A stretch of 64,000 nt of DNA from Eledone cirrhosa (taxonomy: Eukaryota), in the NCBI GenBank assembly GCA_964016885.1, contig OZ024742.1, positions 283,340,001 to 283,404,000 of the forward strand, written 5' to 3'. Every line of letters starts with the position of its first letter. Position 1 is the first letter of the stretch. The notes under the pieces are model-generated. The model saw only the letters and a program-made list of their open reading frames with translations, did not search any database and was not told where the DNA came from. The translations under genes were made by a program, and so were the position numbers. This document shows positions 12,410-27,742 of the stretch, piece by piece.

Positions 12410-12615
12410 ATAAACAAAGAAAGTGTGGTAAGGAACCAGGTGGACCATAACGCACCAGAGTATTCGATACTTAGGGTAGTAGAGTGGGTAATAGGAAAAG
12501 AGTCAGGACCCCGACAGATGAGCTCCGACCGTTTCGACAGCTAGATCCAAACTGTTCGGATCTAGCTGTCGAAACGGCCGGAGCTCAACTGTCGGGGTCC
12601 TGACTCTTTCCCTAT
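12410..12615 (-). mobile_element. Fold-back element, hairpin 12491-12615 (family shared with 34971-35181)
   Basis: ...gtttcgacagctagatcc-aaactgttc-ggatctagctgtcgaaac...; tail homologous to 35101-35181. Confidence 0.85.
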
Positions 12616-12784
12616 ATATATATGTGTGTGTGTGTGTAAGGGGTGATAACTTCCTTGAAGCATTGTGGAATGTAAAATATAAATACAGATGTTCTTTTTT
12701 ATTCTAATTTCTTATTACCCTGGCATTTTTACCAAACAAGCATTGTTGGGCTTCCAAATAGACAAACGTATTTTCTATTTGTAA

Positions 12785-12845
<61 letters not shown>

Positions 12846-13409
12846 GTACAATGATATTAAATAAATGGAAACTATATTTATAAAACCATATGGTTATATA
12901 TATATGTATATATATATATACATCGGGCTTACAACGTTGTGTTCTTGACACTTTATTTCACGTTGATCCAATTCACTCAGCTGTAGAAATGGGTTGCGAC
13001 GTCGCTGGTGCCAAGCTGTATCGGTCTTTCCTTTTCCCTTGGACAATATCAGTGGCGTGGCGAGGGGAGACTGGTATGCATGGGTGACTGCTGGTCTTCC
13101 ACAAACAACCTTATCTGGACTTGTGCTTCGGAGGGGGAACTTTCTAGGTCCAAATCCCATGGTCATTCGTGGCCGTAGGGGTCTTTACCATATATATATA
13201 TATATTGGTGCGTACGCGTGAGTGTATACTGTGGACACAGCATGGCCGAAAGGTTAAGAAGTATGCTTTGCAGTCATTAGATGTCAGATTCGGTTCAATT
13301 GCATGGCATCTTGGGCAAGTGTCACATAGCCTTGGCTCGACCCAGACCTTGTGAGTGAAACTGGATGGGATCCTAACCACCCCCCGGGGAAACTACCTTC
13401 TCTATTCTG

Positions 13410-13740
13410 TCCGCCGAGGCCAATGGCTCTTCCAGTGCGTCTCCCTCACCATCCTCCGGGGAAACACCTTCTCTATATTCTGTAGGCCGGGGTCGCGGGG
13501 AGGCCAACGTGTGGTCCCCAATTTGCTCAAAATAGTGAGAGATGGGGAGAGTGGGAGAGACAGAGGCAGTGACAGTGTGAGTTTGGTTCCATTGTGTTCA
13601 GACCTTGTGTCTATGTATATATTTATTTACCACACCACATCTTATTTACAGGGTGTAAGGCAAAGCTCGTACTCTTAACTCACTATTCATTAAGCTATTC
13701 CCCTATCTTCTTTTCTGGTGAGAATTAAGTCTATCTGTCT
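13410..13740 (+). mobile_element. CRE-clade non-LTR retrotransposon 3' remnant
   Basis: WLFQCVSLTILRGNTFSI plus a 3' UTR shared with 45015-45420. Confidence 0.7.
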
Positions 13741-14004
13741 TGTATGTTTCCTGTTTTCCTGAAGTTTGTATCACTTTAATATAACAGATAAATGTCAATA
13801 TTGAATATATTGTCTTGTGTATTGGTTAGTCGGAAGCTTTATATCAGTGGGGCTTTAAAAATTGTTTCCATACTAACCCACTTGAGACCTCCATTAAATT
13901 GAATTGATATTGAGGTTCCACTTGATCACTAATAGCACACTATACCAGTATATTCACAACAGAAATATTTGTGTGTGAATGCGCCCCCCCCCCCACTCAC
14001 ACAC

Positions 14005-14093
<89 letters not shown>

Positions 14094-14857
14094 ATGGAAT
14101 ACTGTTAGCTTCTCGCTAAAACAATTTCTATACCTTTCATTTATATATATATTTATATATATATATATATATATATTTAATATATAAAAGCTTCTACAGG
14201 ACTAGAACTGTTTCATTCATGCGAAATCATATATATCCGCACGACCCCTTCTCTCCCTTCCTGGCGTCCTATACCTTATACTGACTGAATTCTACCTTTA
14301 TAGTTCTTGGTTTCTAGGTATTTACATAAACAGTTACTGCTCAAACCAAACACTACATCTCAGCGGATATCACCTCTATTCCTATGACCTTATCTTTTAT
14401 TCTATTCTTTTCAAACTATACTCTTCAAACTATATATCTTTCAAAGTATATTATTTTAAACTTAATTTTTAATTTTTAAACTTCACTGTTTGTAAACTTC
14501 ACTATTTTTTTTAGCTCTGTTGTTTATTTGTTCATCTGTTACAGCCAATTTGTTATTTTGTATTCCTATATCTTATATTTTATATTGTGTATAGGTTTTC
14601 CTGTCCCATTAAATCCTGCGTTGCTTCAGTTTTGATACTCCTCGACTTTATTATTAACTTCACTAGTATGGATAACTAGGAATACATAGCATATATTACG
14701 ACAAGGCTGGCGGTGAAGGTCCTTCGAGCTGCGCTCGGGGTGCCTGGGTCTGTCCACCCTCCTGGAATGCTTGGAAATAAATTAAATTTCCCTTCCTTTT
14801 TCTTCGGTATACCGTAATACTCGAAATGGTCGGTGGGCCTTTTGTACCCTGGGTGTA

Positions 14858-16930
14858 TGGTGTTGGTGTTGGTGTTGGTGTTGCTGGTGGTGTTGGTAGT
14901 TGTGTTGCTGGTGGTGTTGGTGTTGGTAGTTGTGTTGCTGGTGGTGTTGGTATTGGTAGTTGTGTTGCTGGTGGTGTTGGTGTTGGTGTTGGTAGTTGTG
15001 TTGGTGTTGGTGTTGGTAGTTGTGTTGGTGTTGGTAGTTGTGTTGCTGGTGGTGTTGGTGTTAGTGTTGGTAGTTGTGTTGCTGGTGGTGTTGGTGTTGG
15101 TGTTGATAGTTGTGTTGCTGGTGGTGTTGGTGTTGGTGTTGGTAGTTGTGTTGCTGGTGGTGTTGGTGTTGGTGTTGGTAGTTGTGTTGCTGGTGGTGTT
15201 GGTGTTGGTAGTTGTGTTGCTGGTGGTGTTGGTGTTGGTGGTGGTAGTTGTGTTGGTGTTGGTGTTGGTGTTGGTAGTTGTGTTGCTGGTGGTGTTGGTG
15301 TTGGTAGTTGTGTTGCTGGTGGTGTTGGTGTTGGTAGTTGTGTTGCTGGTGGTGTTGGTGTTGGTAGTTGTGTTGCTGGTGGTGTTGGTGTTGGTAGTTG
15401 TGTTGCTGGTGGTGTTGGTGTTGGTAGTTGTGTTGCTGGTGGTGTTGGTGTTGGTGGTGGTGTTGGTGTTGGTAGTTGTGTTGCTGGTGGTGTTGGTGAT
15501 GGTGATGGTGTTGGTGTTGGTAGTTGTGTTGCTGGTGGTGTTGGTGTTGGTGGTGGTAGTTGTGTTGGTGTTGGTGTTGGTAGTTGTGTTGCTGGTGGTG
15601 TTGGTGTTGGTAGTTGTGTTGCTGGTGGTGTTGGTGTTGGTAGTTGTGTTGCTGGTGGTGTTGGTGTTGGTAGTTGTGTTGCTGGTGGTGTTGGTGTTGG
15701 TGTTGGTAGTTGTGTTGCTGGTGGTGTTGGTGTTGGTGGTGGTAGTTGTGTTGGTGTTGGTAGTTGTGTTGCTGGTGGTGTTGGTAGTTGTGTTGGTGTT
15801 GGTGTTGGTAGTTGTGTTGCTGGTGGTGTTGGTGTTGGTAGTTGTGTTGCTGGTGGTGTTGGTGTTGGTAGTTGTGTTGCTGGTGGTGTTGGTGTTGGTG
15901 TTGATAGTTGTGTTGCTGGTGGTGTTGGTGTTGATAGTTGTGTTGCTGGTGGTGTTGGTGTTGGTAGTTGTGTTGCTGGTGGTGTTGGTGTTGGTAGTTG
16001 TGTTGCTGGTGGTGTTGGTGTTGGTGGTGGTGTTGGTGTTGGTAGTTGTGTTGCTGGTGGTGTTGGTGTTGGTAGTTGTGTTGCTGGTGGTGTTGGTGTT
16101 GGTGGTGGTAGTTGTGTTGCTGGTGGTGTTGGTGTTGGTGTTGGTAGTTGTGTTGCTGGTGGTGTTGGTGTTGGTAGTTGTGTTGCTGGTGGTGTTGGTG
16201 TTGGTGGTGGTGTTGGTGTTGGTAGTTGTGTTGCTGGTGGTGTTGGTGTTGCTGGTGGTGTTGGTGTTGGTGTTGGTAGTTGTGTTGGTGTTGTGTTGGT
16301 AGTTGTGTTGCTGGTGGTGTTGGTGATGGTGTTGGTGTTGGTGTTGGTATAGGTGTTGGTGTTGGTATTGGTGATGGTGATGGTGTTGGTGATGGTGTTT
16401 TTGTTGGTGTTGGTGATGGTGCTGGTGATGGTGTTGGTATTGGTGATGGTGTTATTGTTGGTGTTGGTGATGGCGTTGGTGATGGTGATTGTGTTGGTAT
16501 TGGTGATGGTGATGGTGTTGGTGTTATTGTTGGTGTCGGTAGTGTCGGTATTGGTAGTTCTAATGGTGATAGTGTTAGCGTTGATTGCGTTGGTGGTGTT
16601 GGTGGTGTTGGTGGTGTTGGTAGTGTTGGTAGTGTTGGTGGTGTTGGTAGTGTTGGTAGTGTTGGTGGTGTTGGTAGTGTTGGTAGTGTTGGTAGTGTTG
16701 GTGGTGTTGGTAGTGTTGGTGGTGTTGGTAGTGTTGGTGGTGTTGGTAGTGTTGGTAGTGTTGGTGGTGTTGGTAGTGTTGGTGGTGTTGATATTGCTGA
16801 TGTTGACGTTTGTGTTTGTAGTGGCATTAATGATGGTGTTGGTGTGCTGGTGTTATTGTTTGTAGTGTTGCTGATGATGATGATGGTGGATGTTGGTGGT
16901 GAAAGTGGTTGTGATGCTGGTATCGATGGT
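14858..16930. repeat. GT-rich minisatellite array (~30-bp unit) grading into (GGT/GAT/GTT)n
   Basis: Unit ttggtagttgtgttgctggtggtgttggtg repeated with variants. Confidence 0.95.
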
Positions 16931-17179
16931 GGGGAATTTTTTAATAGACGAAATTGACAATATGAATCTCGTAAATACATTCTCTAGCTTTACAGTATAT
17001 TAACACTAACAACAACAACAACAACATCAGCAACATCAGCAGCATCAGCAACACAACAGCAGCAGAAACAACAACAACTATAACAATAACCACCGACACC
17101 AACTACTCTGTTACCGTGGCTACGGTTCCAAAACATCTTTCCTCGCTTTGTTGGACAGCTGTTCTCTCTTTCTTTCTAC

Positions 17180-17187
17180 CCCCCCCC

Positions 17188-17219
<32 letters not shown>

Positions 17220-17320
17220 GCATATATATATATATAATATATAATATATATGTGTGTGTGTGTATGTATATATATGTATACGTATATATATATGTATATA
17301 TAAATGTATATATATGTATA

Positions 17321-17363
<43 letters not shown>

Positions 17364-17369
17364 ATATAA

Positions 17370-17406
<37 letters not shown>

Positions 17407-17449
17407 TGTATATGTATGTATATATAAATGTGTATATATGGATATATGT

Positions 17450-17489
<40 letters not shown>

Positions 17490-17547
17490 GTATGTATATA
17501 TGTATGTATGTATGTTTGTTTGTATACACACATATGTACATATATAC

Positions 17548-17579
<32 letters not shown>

Positions 17580-18301
17580 ATGTGTATGTATATATTTCTT
17601 CCTTTTTCTCCCCCTCTCAGCCTCAACATCCTCTTCACATACATGTCCTCTTCCCCCCACTCTCCACTCTCAATAGACCCACCGCCACCACCGCCACCAC
17701 CACCGCCACCACCGCCACCACCACCACCGCCACCACCGCCACCACCACCGCCACCACCACCACCACCACCGCCGCCACCACCACCATCACCACCACCGCC
17801 GCCGCCACCACCACCACCGCCACCACCACCACCACCATCACCACCACCACCACCGCCGCCACCACTACCACTACCACCACCACCACCGCCGCCACCGCCG
17901 CCGCCACCACCACCACCACCACCACTACCACCACCACCATCACCACCACCACCACTACCACCACCACCATCACCACCACCACCACCACCACCGCCGCCGC
18001 CGCCGTCACCACCGCCGCCGCCGTCACCACCGCCACCACCGCCACCACCACCACCACCACCACCACCACCGCCGCCACCACCACCGCCGCCGCCGCCGCC
18101 GCCGCCACCACCACCACCGCCACCACCAGTTGCTGCTAAAACATCGTTCAGTCTAACATTGCACCATGTAGTGTTGTTTGCGTATTATTCCCTCCATTGT
18201 CACCATCGCCACGAACAACACCACAACGACGACAACGGCCACCACCATCACACGAAATTACCGTCACCGTCACCACCATCATCATCATCATCATCATCAT
18301 T

Positions 18302-18339
<38 letters not shown>

Positions 18340-18516
18340 TTTCACCATTAAATTCATCATCATCATCATCATTATCATCACCATCTTCACCATCATCACC
18401 ATCATCACCATCTTCACCATCATCTTCACCATCATCATCATCTTCACCATCATCATCATCATCATTTTCACCATCAAACTCATCATCATCACCATCATCA
18501 TCACCATCATCATCAC

Positions 18517-18558
<42 letters not shown>

Positions 18559-18670
18559 TTTCACCACCATCATCATCATCATCATCATCATAATTTTCAC
18601 CATCAAACTCATTATCCTCATCATCATCACAATCACCATCACCCTTGTCAACCTCATCATCATCATCGGA
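17180..18670. repeat. Compound microsatellite block: (AT/GT)n, (CCA/CCG)n, (CAT)n
   Basis: Seen directly. Confidence 0.95.
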
Positions 18671-18892
18671 TACTCTATAAAAAGGTTCATGCGCGCAACC
18701 AATCTTCCTCTAACTAAGTTTGTCACGTGTCTCACAACGAGACGCCACTACATACAATAGTAAAGCTGCCACCATGCTCGCCACCATCACTTTTTGACCA
18801 TTTGGCCACGCTTTGTCCACTACGGCTATCAGCATCAAAACTACCACTATCACCATCAACACTGCCAACACCATCACCACTACAAACATAAA

Positions 18893-19315
18893 ATAATTGT
18901 TTCTACTTTGGCACAAGGCCAGCAATTACCTAGTACATTACTGGTACTTTATTTTATCGACCCCGTAAAGGATGAAAGGCAAAATTAACCTCGGCAGGAT
19001 TTGAACTCAGATCAGAAAGGGGTGTAACTCTGTGCTGCAAAGCCTGTTGTCCGACCCTCTACCGATACTGCCAAACTACCAAACATAAAATAATTGTTTC
19101 TACTTTTGGCACAAGGCCAGCAATTACCCAGTGCATTACTGGTACTTTATTTTATCGACCCCGTAAGGATGCAAGGCAAAGTTAACCTCGGCAAACATAA
19201 AATAATGGTTTCTTATATAGGCTCAAAGCCAACCATTTTGGGGAGTGGAAAGTCGATTAAATCGACCCTAGTGCATGACTGGTACTTTATTTTATCGACC
19301 CCGTACTGCCAATCC
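18893..19315 (-). mobile_element. Cluster of three short-tail SINE copies or fragments
   Basis: Repeated ggcacaaggccagcaattacc...ctggtactttattttatcgaccccgta. Confidence 0.8.
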
Positions 19316-19389
19316 TATAATAATACATACAAGAATCGCAAACACAAGGTTCTAAAAACCTTCGCTAAGTACAAACCACTACCTCCCTA

Positions 19390-19812
19390 CGGACAACTGA
19401 ACACGGAAGAGCCGAACTCCCACTGCCATCGCCTTCATCTCTCTCGCCCTCCCCATCTGTCTGTATTATGAGCAAATGGGGTCCCATATGCTGGCGGCCC
19501 CACGGCCCCAGCGAACAGAATGGAGAAGGCGTTTACCCGGAGGATGGTAAGGGAAATGCGCTGGAAGAGCCATTCCATCTCACGAGGCTCACACCTGTGG
19601 CTAGCCAGCTCAGCGCCTATGGTGTTAAGTAAGGAGGTGGCCCTAGGGCCAAGGACACCAAAAGTCTCCATTGCTAGGGGCTCGACCACAAACCTGTCGG
19701 AGAGCGACCAATACTTGGAGAGTTTGCCCTCCTCAGCCCGAAGTGCAGCAGAACCTAGGTTAGTCGGAGACTGCACCAAGTTGCGATTGGAGAAAGTGTC
19801 ATGTCTTGTCAA
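19390..19812 (-). mobile_element. CRE-clade retrotransposon restriction-like endonuclease remnant
   Basis: AALRAEEGKLSKY...PLAMETFGVLG...WLFQRISLTILRVNA. Confidence 0.8.
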
Positions 19813-19919
19813 ACTGCAGCCCAGAGTGTGCAGTATCTACTTGCATAAGAAAATTATACTTGACAGTGATGAGGCTGTAATATGTCCAAACTGCAGTATT
19901 GCACTATTTATAATGCATC

Positions 19920-21600
19920 ACTGATGGTTGTTGTGTTGATGGAAGTGGTGGTAGTAGTGGTGGTATTGATGATCACCACCATTACCACCATCAGCACTAT
20001 TACTACCACCATCAACACCACCACTACTAACATCAGCACCACCACTACCACCATCAACACCACCTCCACAACTATCGTCACCACCAATATCACCACCAAC
20101 ACCACCACCACTACTACCATCAGCACTACCATTAGGTCTACACACACACCATTAACATTACTACCTCTACCACCATCACCACCACCACTACCACCACCAC
20201 CACTACCACCATCACCACCACCATTAGGACTACCCACACACCATTAACATCACCACTACCACCACCACTACCACCATCACCACCACCACTACCACCACTA
20301 CCACCACCACTACCACTACCACCATCACCATCACCATACCACCATCACCATCACCACCACCATCACTATACCACCATCACCACCACCACTACCACCATCA
20401 CCATCACCACTTTCACCACCACCACTACCACCATCACCACCACCACTACCACCATCACCACCAGCACTACCAGCACTACCACCACCAATACCACCATCAC
20501 CACCACCACTACCACCATCACCACTACCACCATCACCACCACCACTACCACTACCACCATCACTATACCACCATCACCACCACCACTTCCACCATCACCA
20601 CCACCACTACCACCATCACCACCACCACTACCACCAGCACTACCAGCACTACCACCACCACTACCACCATCACCACTACCACCATCACCACCACCACTAC
20701 CACCATCACCACCAGCACTACCAGCACTACCACCACCACTACCACCATCACCACTACCACCATCACCACCACCACTACCACTACCACCATCACTATACAT
20801 TCATCACCACCACCACTACCACCATCACCACCACCACTACGACCACCACCACTACCACCATCACCACCACCACTACCACCATCACCACTACCACCATCAC
20901 CATCACCACTACCACTACCACCATCACCACCACCACTACCACCATCACCACCACCACTACTACCATCAACATCAAGACCAACACTACTATCATTACTATT
21001 ACCGTCATCAACGCTACCATCTTGACTCTCACCATCAACACTACCATTATCCTCACTACCACCACTACCACCACCGACACTAATACTATCACTAACACTA
21101 TCACTACCACCATCACCACTACCACCATCAATACCAACACTACCACCATCACCACTACCACCATCAATACCAACACTACCACCATCACCACTACCACCAT
21201 CAATACCAACACTACCACCATCACCACTACCACCATCACCACTACCACCATCAATACCAACACTACCACCATCACCACTACCACCATCACCACTACCACC
21301 ATCAATACCAACACTACCACCATCAAAAACACCACTACAACCATCAATACCACCACCACCTCCATCACCACGGCCTCTACCCTCATCACCACGGCCTCTA
21401 CCCTCATCACCACGGCCTCTACCCTCATCACCACGGCCACTACCCTCATCACCACGGCCACTACTGCCATCAATACTACCTTCTTGACTCTCATGACTAC
21501 CAGCACGTCACCAGAACCACCATCAACACCACTACTATCATTTATATAAACACTCAACCACTACCACCACTACCACCACTAACACCATGTCTCTATCCTT
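19920..21600. repeat. (CCA/CTA/CAT)n degenerate trinucleotide array
   Basis: Seen directly. Confidence 0.95.
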
Positions 21601-21764
21601 TTTATACTCACTAACACTACCCCATACTTACAAATCAATAAAATCGATCACAGTTCTATATCACGATAATTCCACAAAAATACTGACTGAATGACGTTCC
21701 AGTTGTGATCACATCGTATGTTTGTTCAAACGAAGGATGCATTCAATAATATGTTTGTGGCTGG

Positions 21765-22415
21765 GACCTCCGTGGGTTACGACGAAGAGTGTTCCAGTTG
21801 ATTAAATCAACAAAACAGCCTGCTCGTGGTATTAGCGAACAAGTGGCTGAGCATTCTGCTGAAAAATGTATTCTTATCGTAGTTCTTAAGGATATTCAGC
21901 GTGATAAGGCCGGCCCTGTGATTTACAAATAGTGGTAGTCCCGTAACTCCTGATAAAGTCGTAGAGGCGTCGTATTGCCATACGGCGTTTCTTAGGGATT
22001 TTAAGCCTGGCGGGACACATCCCTCTCCAGGCCTGAGTACAGCAGATTTCTTCCAGAGAAAGATGGAAAGTGAGGGAGAGGAAATGAGAAAGAGATATAG
22101 AGGAATAATCCACCCCGGTACTAGACTGGTACTTCTTTTATCGACCTCGAGATGATGAAAGGTAAAGTTGACCTCGGCCTGATTTGAACTCAAAAAGCAG
22201 AGAGCCAGAACGATTACCATAAAGCATTCTACCTGACGTTCTAACGACTCTGCTAATTCGCCGCCTGATTTACAGATACAGTTCGTTTTTTGCCAGCTCA
22301 ATAGACAGGAGCAACGTGAAGTAAAGTGTCAAGAACACAACGTCCCGTCATGAATCAAACTCACAACCATACGATCGTGAGCCGAATCCCCTAACTATTA
22401 AGTCGCGCACCTTCA
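21765..22415 (-). mobile_element. tRNA-derived SINE interrupted by a long-tail SINE (about 21940-22266)
   Basis: Halves match the 7095 family; the insert matches the 9988 family. Confidence 0.7.
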
Positions 22416-22716
22416 CTATTGAATAATATATTTCTAGATACACTATGCCATTGCGTCTTAAAGGAAGAGAGTCTCCTAAGGTAACTGTAGTGAGTTGGGT
22501 TGGTGTTTAACTCCAGGTCATCGCAAATTGAGTAGACCTTAAAAATGTCTCCCTCCTTTTTAAGGCAGCAAGATGTAATTTAGAAGAGATTAAGCTACTA
22601 TTTCTAGCAGGGTTAGCGATCACGTAGGAGCTCTTCCTTGGCTCCATAATATTTTCCTACATACAACATATATACACACCACACATTTATATATATATAT
22701 ACATACAAACATATGA

Positions 22717-22803
<87 letters not shown>

Positions 22804-23214
22804 CACACATACATATGTATATGTATGTACGAATGTGTATTTATATAGTCATCCACATTTTGACGAGTTCCTGCTCGCTCAATGGAACATTCAACCCACA
22901 CTCGAGTAACATTTGACACACTCTACACACACCAATTATATAGAGATTCTCACATTACACATATCTTTTACACAAACAAGATATCAAATAAAAAGTATAT
23001 TTTACACTTCAAAGCATTTTCAGATAAGTCATCACAAATTTCCGATCATTACAACTATACAGGCCAGTGTAACACTTTTGTAGAACATTAGGTTTTGTGC
23101 GAAATTAGGTACAGTGGAGAATTCTTATATTTTTTTTCATTCTTTTAATGGTTTCGGTCATCAGATATCGGCCATGTTGGGGCACCATCTTAAGGGAATT
23201 TCAGTCAATGATAT

Positions 23215-23500
23215 GGAGGCGCGTGGCGTAGCAGTAACGGTGTTGAACTTATAATCATAATGTCGTGGGTTCGATTCCTGGGCTGGGTCTGGGTTGCGTG
23301 TTGTGTTCTTGAGCAAAACACTTCATTTCATGTTGCTCCAGTATACTCAGCTGAAAATGAGTACCAGCAATAGCTGAGGAGTTAACCCTACGATTGACTG
23401 GCGTCCTGTCCAGGGAATAGTATTGTACTCTCAGTCGCTTCACGCCATGAAACCGGAATAAGTACCAACCTAACGAGCCTTCTGTCTTAAGACAGACTTT
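23215..23500 (+). mobile_element. tRNA-derived SINE
   Basis: ggaggcgcgtggcgtag (A box) and gggttcgattcc (B box) followed by a SINE body. Confidence 0.75.
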
Positions 23501-23819
23501 AGATATCGACTCACAGTACTTGTTCTTTCAAGCCTGGTACATATTTTATCGATCTCTTTTGTGTCGTACTGCTAAGTTATCGGACATAAACACAGGCACA
23601 GACATAAATGTAAATATAAACACGTATACACACACTCACATATATACATATGTGTGAGTCTGTGTGTGTACGTGTGCGTGTGTGCGTGTGTGTGCGTGTG
23701 TGCGTGTGTGTGTGTGTGCGTGTGTGTATGTGTGTGTGTGTGTGTACTACCGGCTGTGAAGGAACTCTAACCACGCAGCCATAAGATAATTTCATAACGT
23801 TTTTCTTTAAACTTGTATA

Positions 23820-24445
23820 GTAGGCGGCAACATGGCTGTGTAATTAAGGAATTTGCTTCGCAACCACATTATGTGTGGTTTAGGGTGATGAATTGGCAGA
23901 ATCGGTAGAGCGTCGGAGAAGATGCTTAGTGGTATAGAGTTATGGCCCTTTACGTTCCGCGTTCAAATCCCGCCGAAGTTAGCTTTACCTTTCATCCTTA
24001 CGGGGTCGATAAAATAAAGTACCAGTAATGTACTGGAGTCGATTTAATCGACTTTCCCCTCCCTTAAAAACTGTTGGCCTTGTGCCTAAATCAGAAGCAA
24101 TTATTTCTGCTTCAGTCCTGCTTAGTGGCACCTTATGCAACTTGTCTTCTACTATAGCTTCGGGTTATGGAGGAAATTTGGTAAACGGAAACTATATTGA
24201 AGACTGTCGTATATATATATATATATTTGTATGTGTGTCCGTATCTGTACTTACAATTTGTTGTGCTTATGTTCCGTTACTTAGTGGCTAGACAAAAAGA
24301 GGTCGATAAAATAGTTACAAAATTTGAGGAAGTATAAGTACTAGGGGAGTCTACTGGGGTTGTAATGGTCGACTAAATTCCTTCAAACAGGTGCCCCAGC
24401 ATGGCCGCAGTTTAATGACTGAAATAAAAAAAAAAGATAAAAGAA
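23820..24445 (+). mobile_element. tRNA-derived SINE with nested short-tail SINE (about 23883-24105)
   Basis: Head atggctgtgtaattaagg, tail gtgccccagcatggccgcagtttaatgactgaaataaaa; insert matches the 59577 family. Confidence 0.7.
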
Positions 24446-24869
24446 TACCTATGATTTTGATGAAAGGGTTTTCTAAGACTGTAGGAGAACTGTTTAACTA
24501 TTGGGTTAACTACGGTTAGGTTAATGGGTGGGTTATACCACGTCACGTTTCTTGTTCTACTTCCGTTTCTATTCCTACTGTTAGTATTATTTGTTACTGA
24601 TTGTTGTTGATGGTAGTGGGTTTCGCTAAATCTGGGTCAGAAATGACCACTTTGGATGTGAACGGTGAACACTTCCATGAACAATGTCGTATGCAAGGTG
24701 ACACACGAGACAGAGAAAGCGAGGCGCAGTACCCACACTAGCCGTTTAAAGAAAATAACAAAATATCTTTGATGGTAATCTCTCTAAGTCGGAGACCAAA
24801 ACCAGTCTAAATCAGATCAATTTAACTAAGTCCACCTGGCACTACCATACCTCAAAATCTAGTTACTAC

Positions 24870-26760
24870 TATAACCACTACCATCGGCATCCCTATTCTA
24901 CATCACCACTAACATCACCACTACCAACACCATCGCAACTAATATCACCACAACCACTGCCAACACCATCACCACTACCATCACCACAACCACTACCATC
25001 ACCATCACCACTACCATCACCACAACCACTACCATCACCATCACCACTACCAACACCATCACGACAACCACTACCAACACCATCACCACTACCATCATCA
25101 CAACCACTGCCAACACCATCATCACTACCATCACCACAACCACTACCAACACCATCACCACTACCATCACCACAACCACTACCATCACCATCACCACTAC
25201 CAACACCATCACGACAACCACTACCAACACCATCACCACTACCATCACCACAACCACTACCAACACCATCACCACTACCATCATCACAACCACTGCCAAC
25301 ACCATCATCACTACCATCACCACAACCACTACCATCACCATCACCACTACCATCACCACAACCACTACCAACACCATCACCACTACCATCACCACTACCA
25401 CTACCAACACCATCACCACTACCATCATCACAACCACTGCCAACACCATCATCACTACCATCACCACAACCACTACCATCACCATCACCACTACCATCAC
25501 CACAACCACTACCAACACCATCACCACTACCATCATCACAACCACTGCCAACACCATCATCACTACCATCACCACAACCACTACCATCACCATCACCACT
25601 ACCATCACCACAACCACTACCAACACCATCACCACTACCATCATCACAACCACTGCCAACACCATCACCACTACCATCATCACAACCACTACCATCACCA
25701 TCATCACTACCATCACCACAACCACTACCAACACCATCACCACTACCATCATCACAACCACTGCCAACACCATCACCACTACCATCATCACAACCACTAC
25801 CAACACCATCACCACTACCATCACCACAAACCACTACCAACACCATCACCACAACTATCACCACAACCACTACCAACACCATCACCACTACCATCATCAC
25901 AACCACTACCATCACCATCATCACTACCATCACCACAACCACTACCAGCACCATCACCACTACCATCATCACAACCACTGCCAACACCATCACCACTACC
26001 ACCACCACAACCACTACCAACACCATCACCACTACCATCACAACAACCACTACCAACACCATCACCACTACCATCACAACAACCACTACCAACACCTACA
26101 CCACTACCATCACCACAACCACTGCCAACACCATCACCACTACCATCACCACAACCACTACCAACACCAACACCACTACCATCATCACAACCACTACCAA
26201 CACCATCACCACTACCATCACCACAACCACTACCAACACCATCACCACTACCATCACCACAACCACTACCAACACCATCACCATTACAATAGCCACAACC
26301 ACTACCAACACCATCACCACTACCATCACCACAACCACTACCAACACCATCACCACTACCATCACCACAACCACTACCAACACCATCACCATTACAATAG
26401 CCACAACCACTACCAACACCATCACCACTACCATCACCACAACCACTACCAACACCATCACCACTACCATCACCACAACCACTACCAACACCATCACCAC
26501 AACCACTACCAACACCATCACCACTACCAACACCATCACCACTACCAACACCATCACCACTACCAACACCATCACCACTACCAACACCATCACTACAACC
26601 ACTAGCAACACCATCACCACCACCATCACTGCAATCACTACCAATACCATCACCACTACCTTCACTATAACCACTGCCAAACACCATCACCACTACCAAC
26701 ACCATCTCGAATACCCCCAATCACCACCACCACCACCACTGCCAGCACCATCATCACTGG
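24870..26760. repeat. CA-rich minisatellite (~36-bp unit)
   Basis: caaccactaccaacaccatcaccactaccatcacca repeated with variants. Confidence 0.95.
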
Positions 26761-27226
26761 TCATACGTCACTATTGTTACTATAGCAACAACGCTATAAA
26801 GTAACCATAGCAGTATACACTGCAGAGCTTCTACTGAAGTTCACCACTTGGTTGAATCAATCAACTGCTCTTTTGTTCGAATTCCTTCGAACTATCGATA
26901 CTGATCAAAAGATGTGGTCAAAGTTTTCTATTATGATCAAAGACGGTTTAATAAGACTATATGCAATAAGTTGTTTACAGTTAACACTCACATACACAGC
27001 GCTCACACACACTTCTTGAATAGACCTTCCTCGGTCCCGACGCCGATTGTTCCAATTGTGAGAACAGAGCAGCCTGCTCGTAAAATCAAAGCACAAATGG
27101 CTGAATATTTCAGACATGTGCAACCTCACAGGGAGATTCAGCCTGAGATTCGTCCCAGTAAATGTTAGCCGCTTCATATAGCTGATAGAAAGATCGTCAA
27201 GGGTTTTTTTTCACAAAACAGTAAAG

Positions 27227-27309
27227 TATTGGGTCGTCAAGTATGAAATTTGTAGAAATTTGTTTTTTTTCTAATAACTTCTACAAATTTCATACTTGAC
27301 GATCCAATA
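27227..27309. mobile_element. ~83-bp mariner-like MITE
   Basis: tattgggtcgtcaagtatgaaatttgtagaa / ttctacaaatttcatacttgacgatccaata, TA ends. Confidence 0.7.
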
Positions 27310-27427
27310 GATCTTGGTTTAAATGCGAGGATCAAGTGAAGTATCTTAAATAGCTTACATGTGTGGCAATATTATTTGTGTTCGTATCAAGTGTTGTTTT
27401 TACCAATGTCAGATGTATGCGAGTATG

Positions 27428-27742
27428 CTCCCGTAACTCTTGGTAGAGTCGTAGGGGCGCCGCACTGACATACGGCGTTTCTTGGACAATTTAAGCCTGG
27501 CGGAGCCAATCCCTCTCCAGGACTGAGTACAACAGATTTCTTCCAGAGAAAGATATAAAGTGAGAAAGAGATATAGAGGAAGAATCCACGCCAGTACTAG
27601 ACTGGTCCTTTTTTATCAACTTCGAAAGGATGAAAGGCAAAGTTCGCCTCGGCAGGATTTGAACTCCGAGAGCAGAGAGCCGGAATGAATACCATAAAGT
27701 ATTCTATGCAACGTTCTAACGATTCTACCAACTCTCCACCTT
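27428..27742 (-). mobile_element. Long-tail SINE
   Basis: Reverse complement of the 9988 family. Confidence 0.8.

Noticed and set aside
14826-16980. Long ORFs (508, 489 and 639 aa) rich in G/V/C, V/L or H/Q
   Set aside because: Translations of a minisatellite that is open in several frames on both strands; no splice or domain evidence.
23215-23290. tRNA gene
   Set aside because: A and B boxes are present but there is no convincing cloverleaf, and it continues into a SINE body; the same applies to other SINE heads.
24490-24540. Telomere-like ggttag motifs
   Set aside because: Too short and irregular to call.
17252-26720. Poly-Pro, poly-Thr and Gly-Asp-Ser mucin- or extensin-like ORFs
   Set aside because: Products of trinucleotide and minisatellite arrays.
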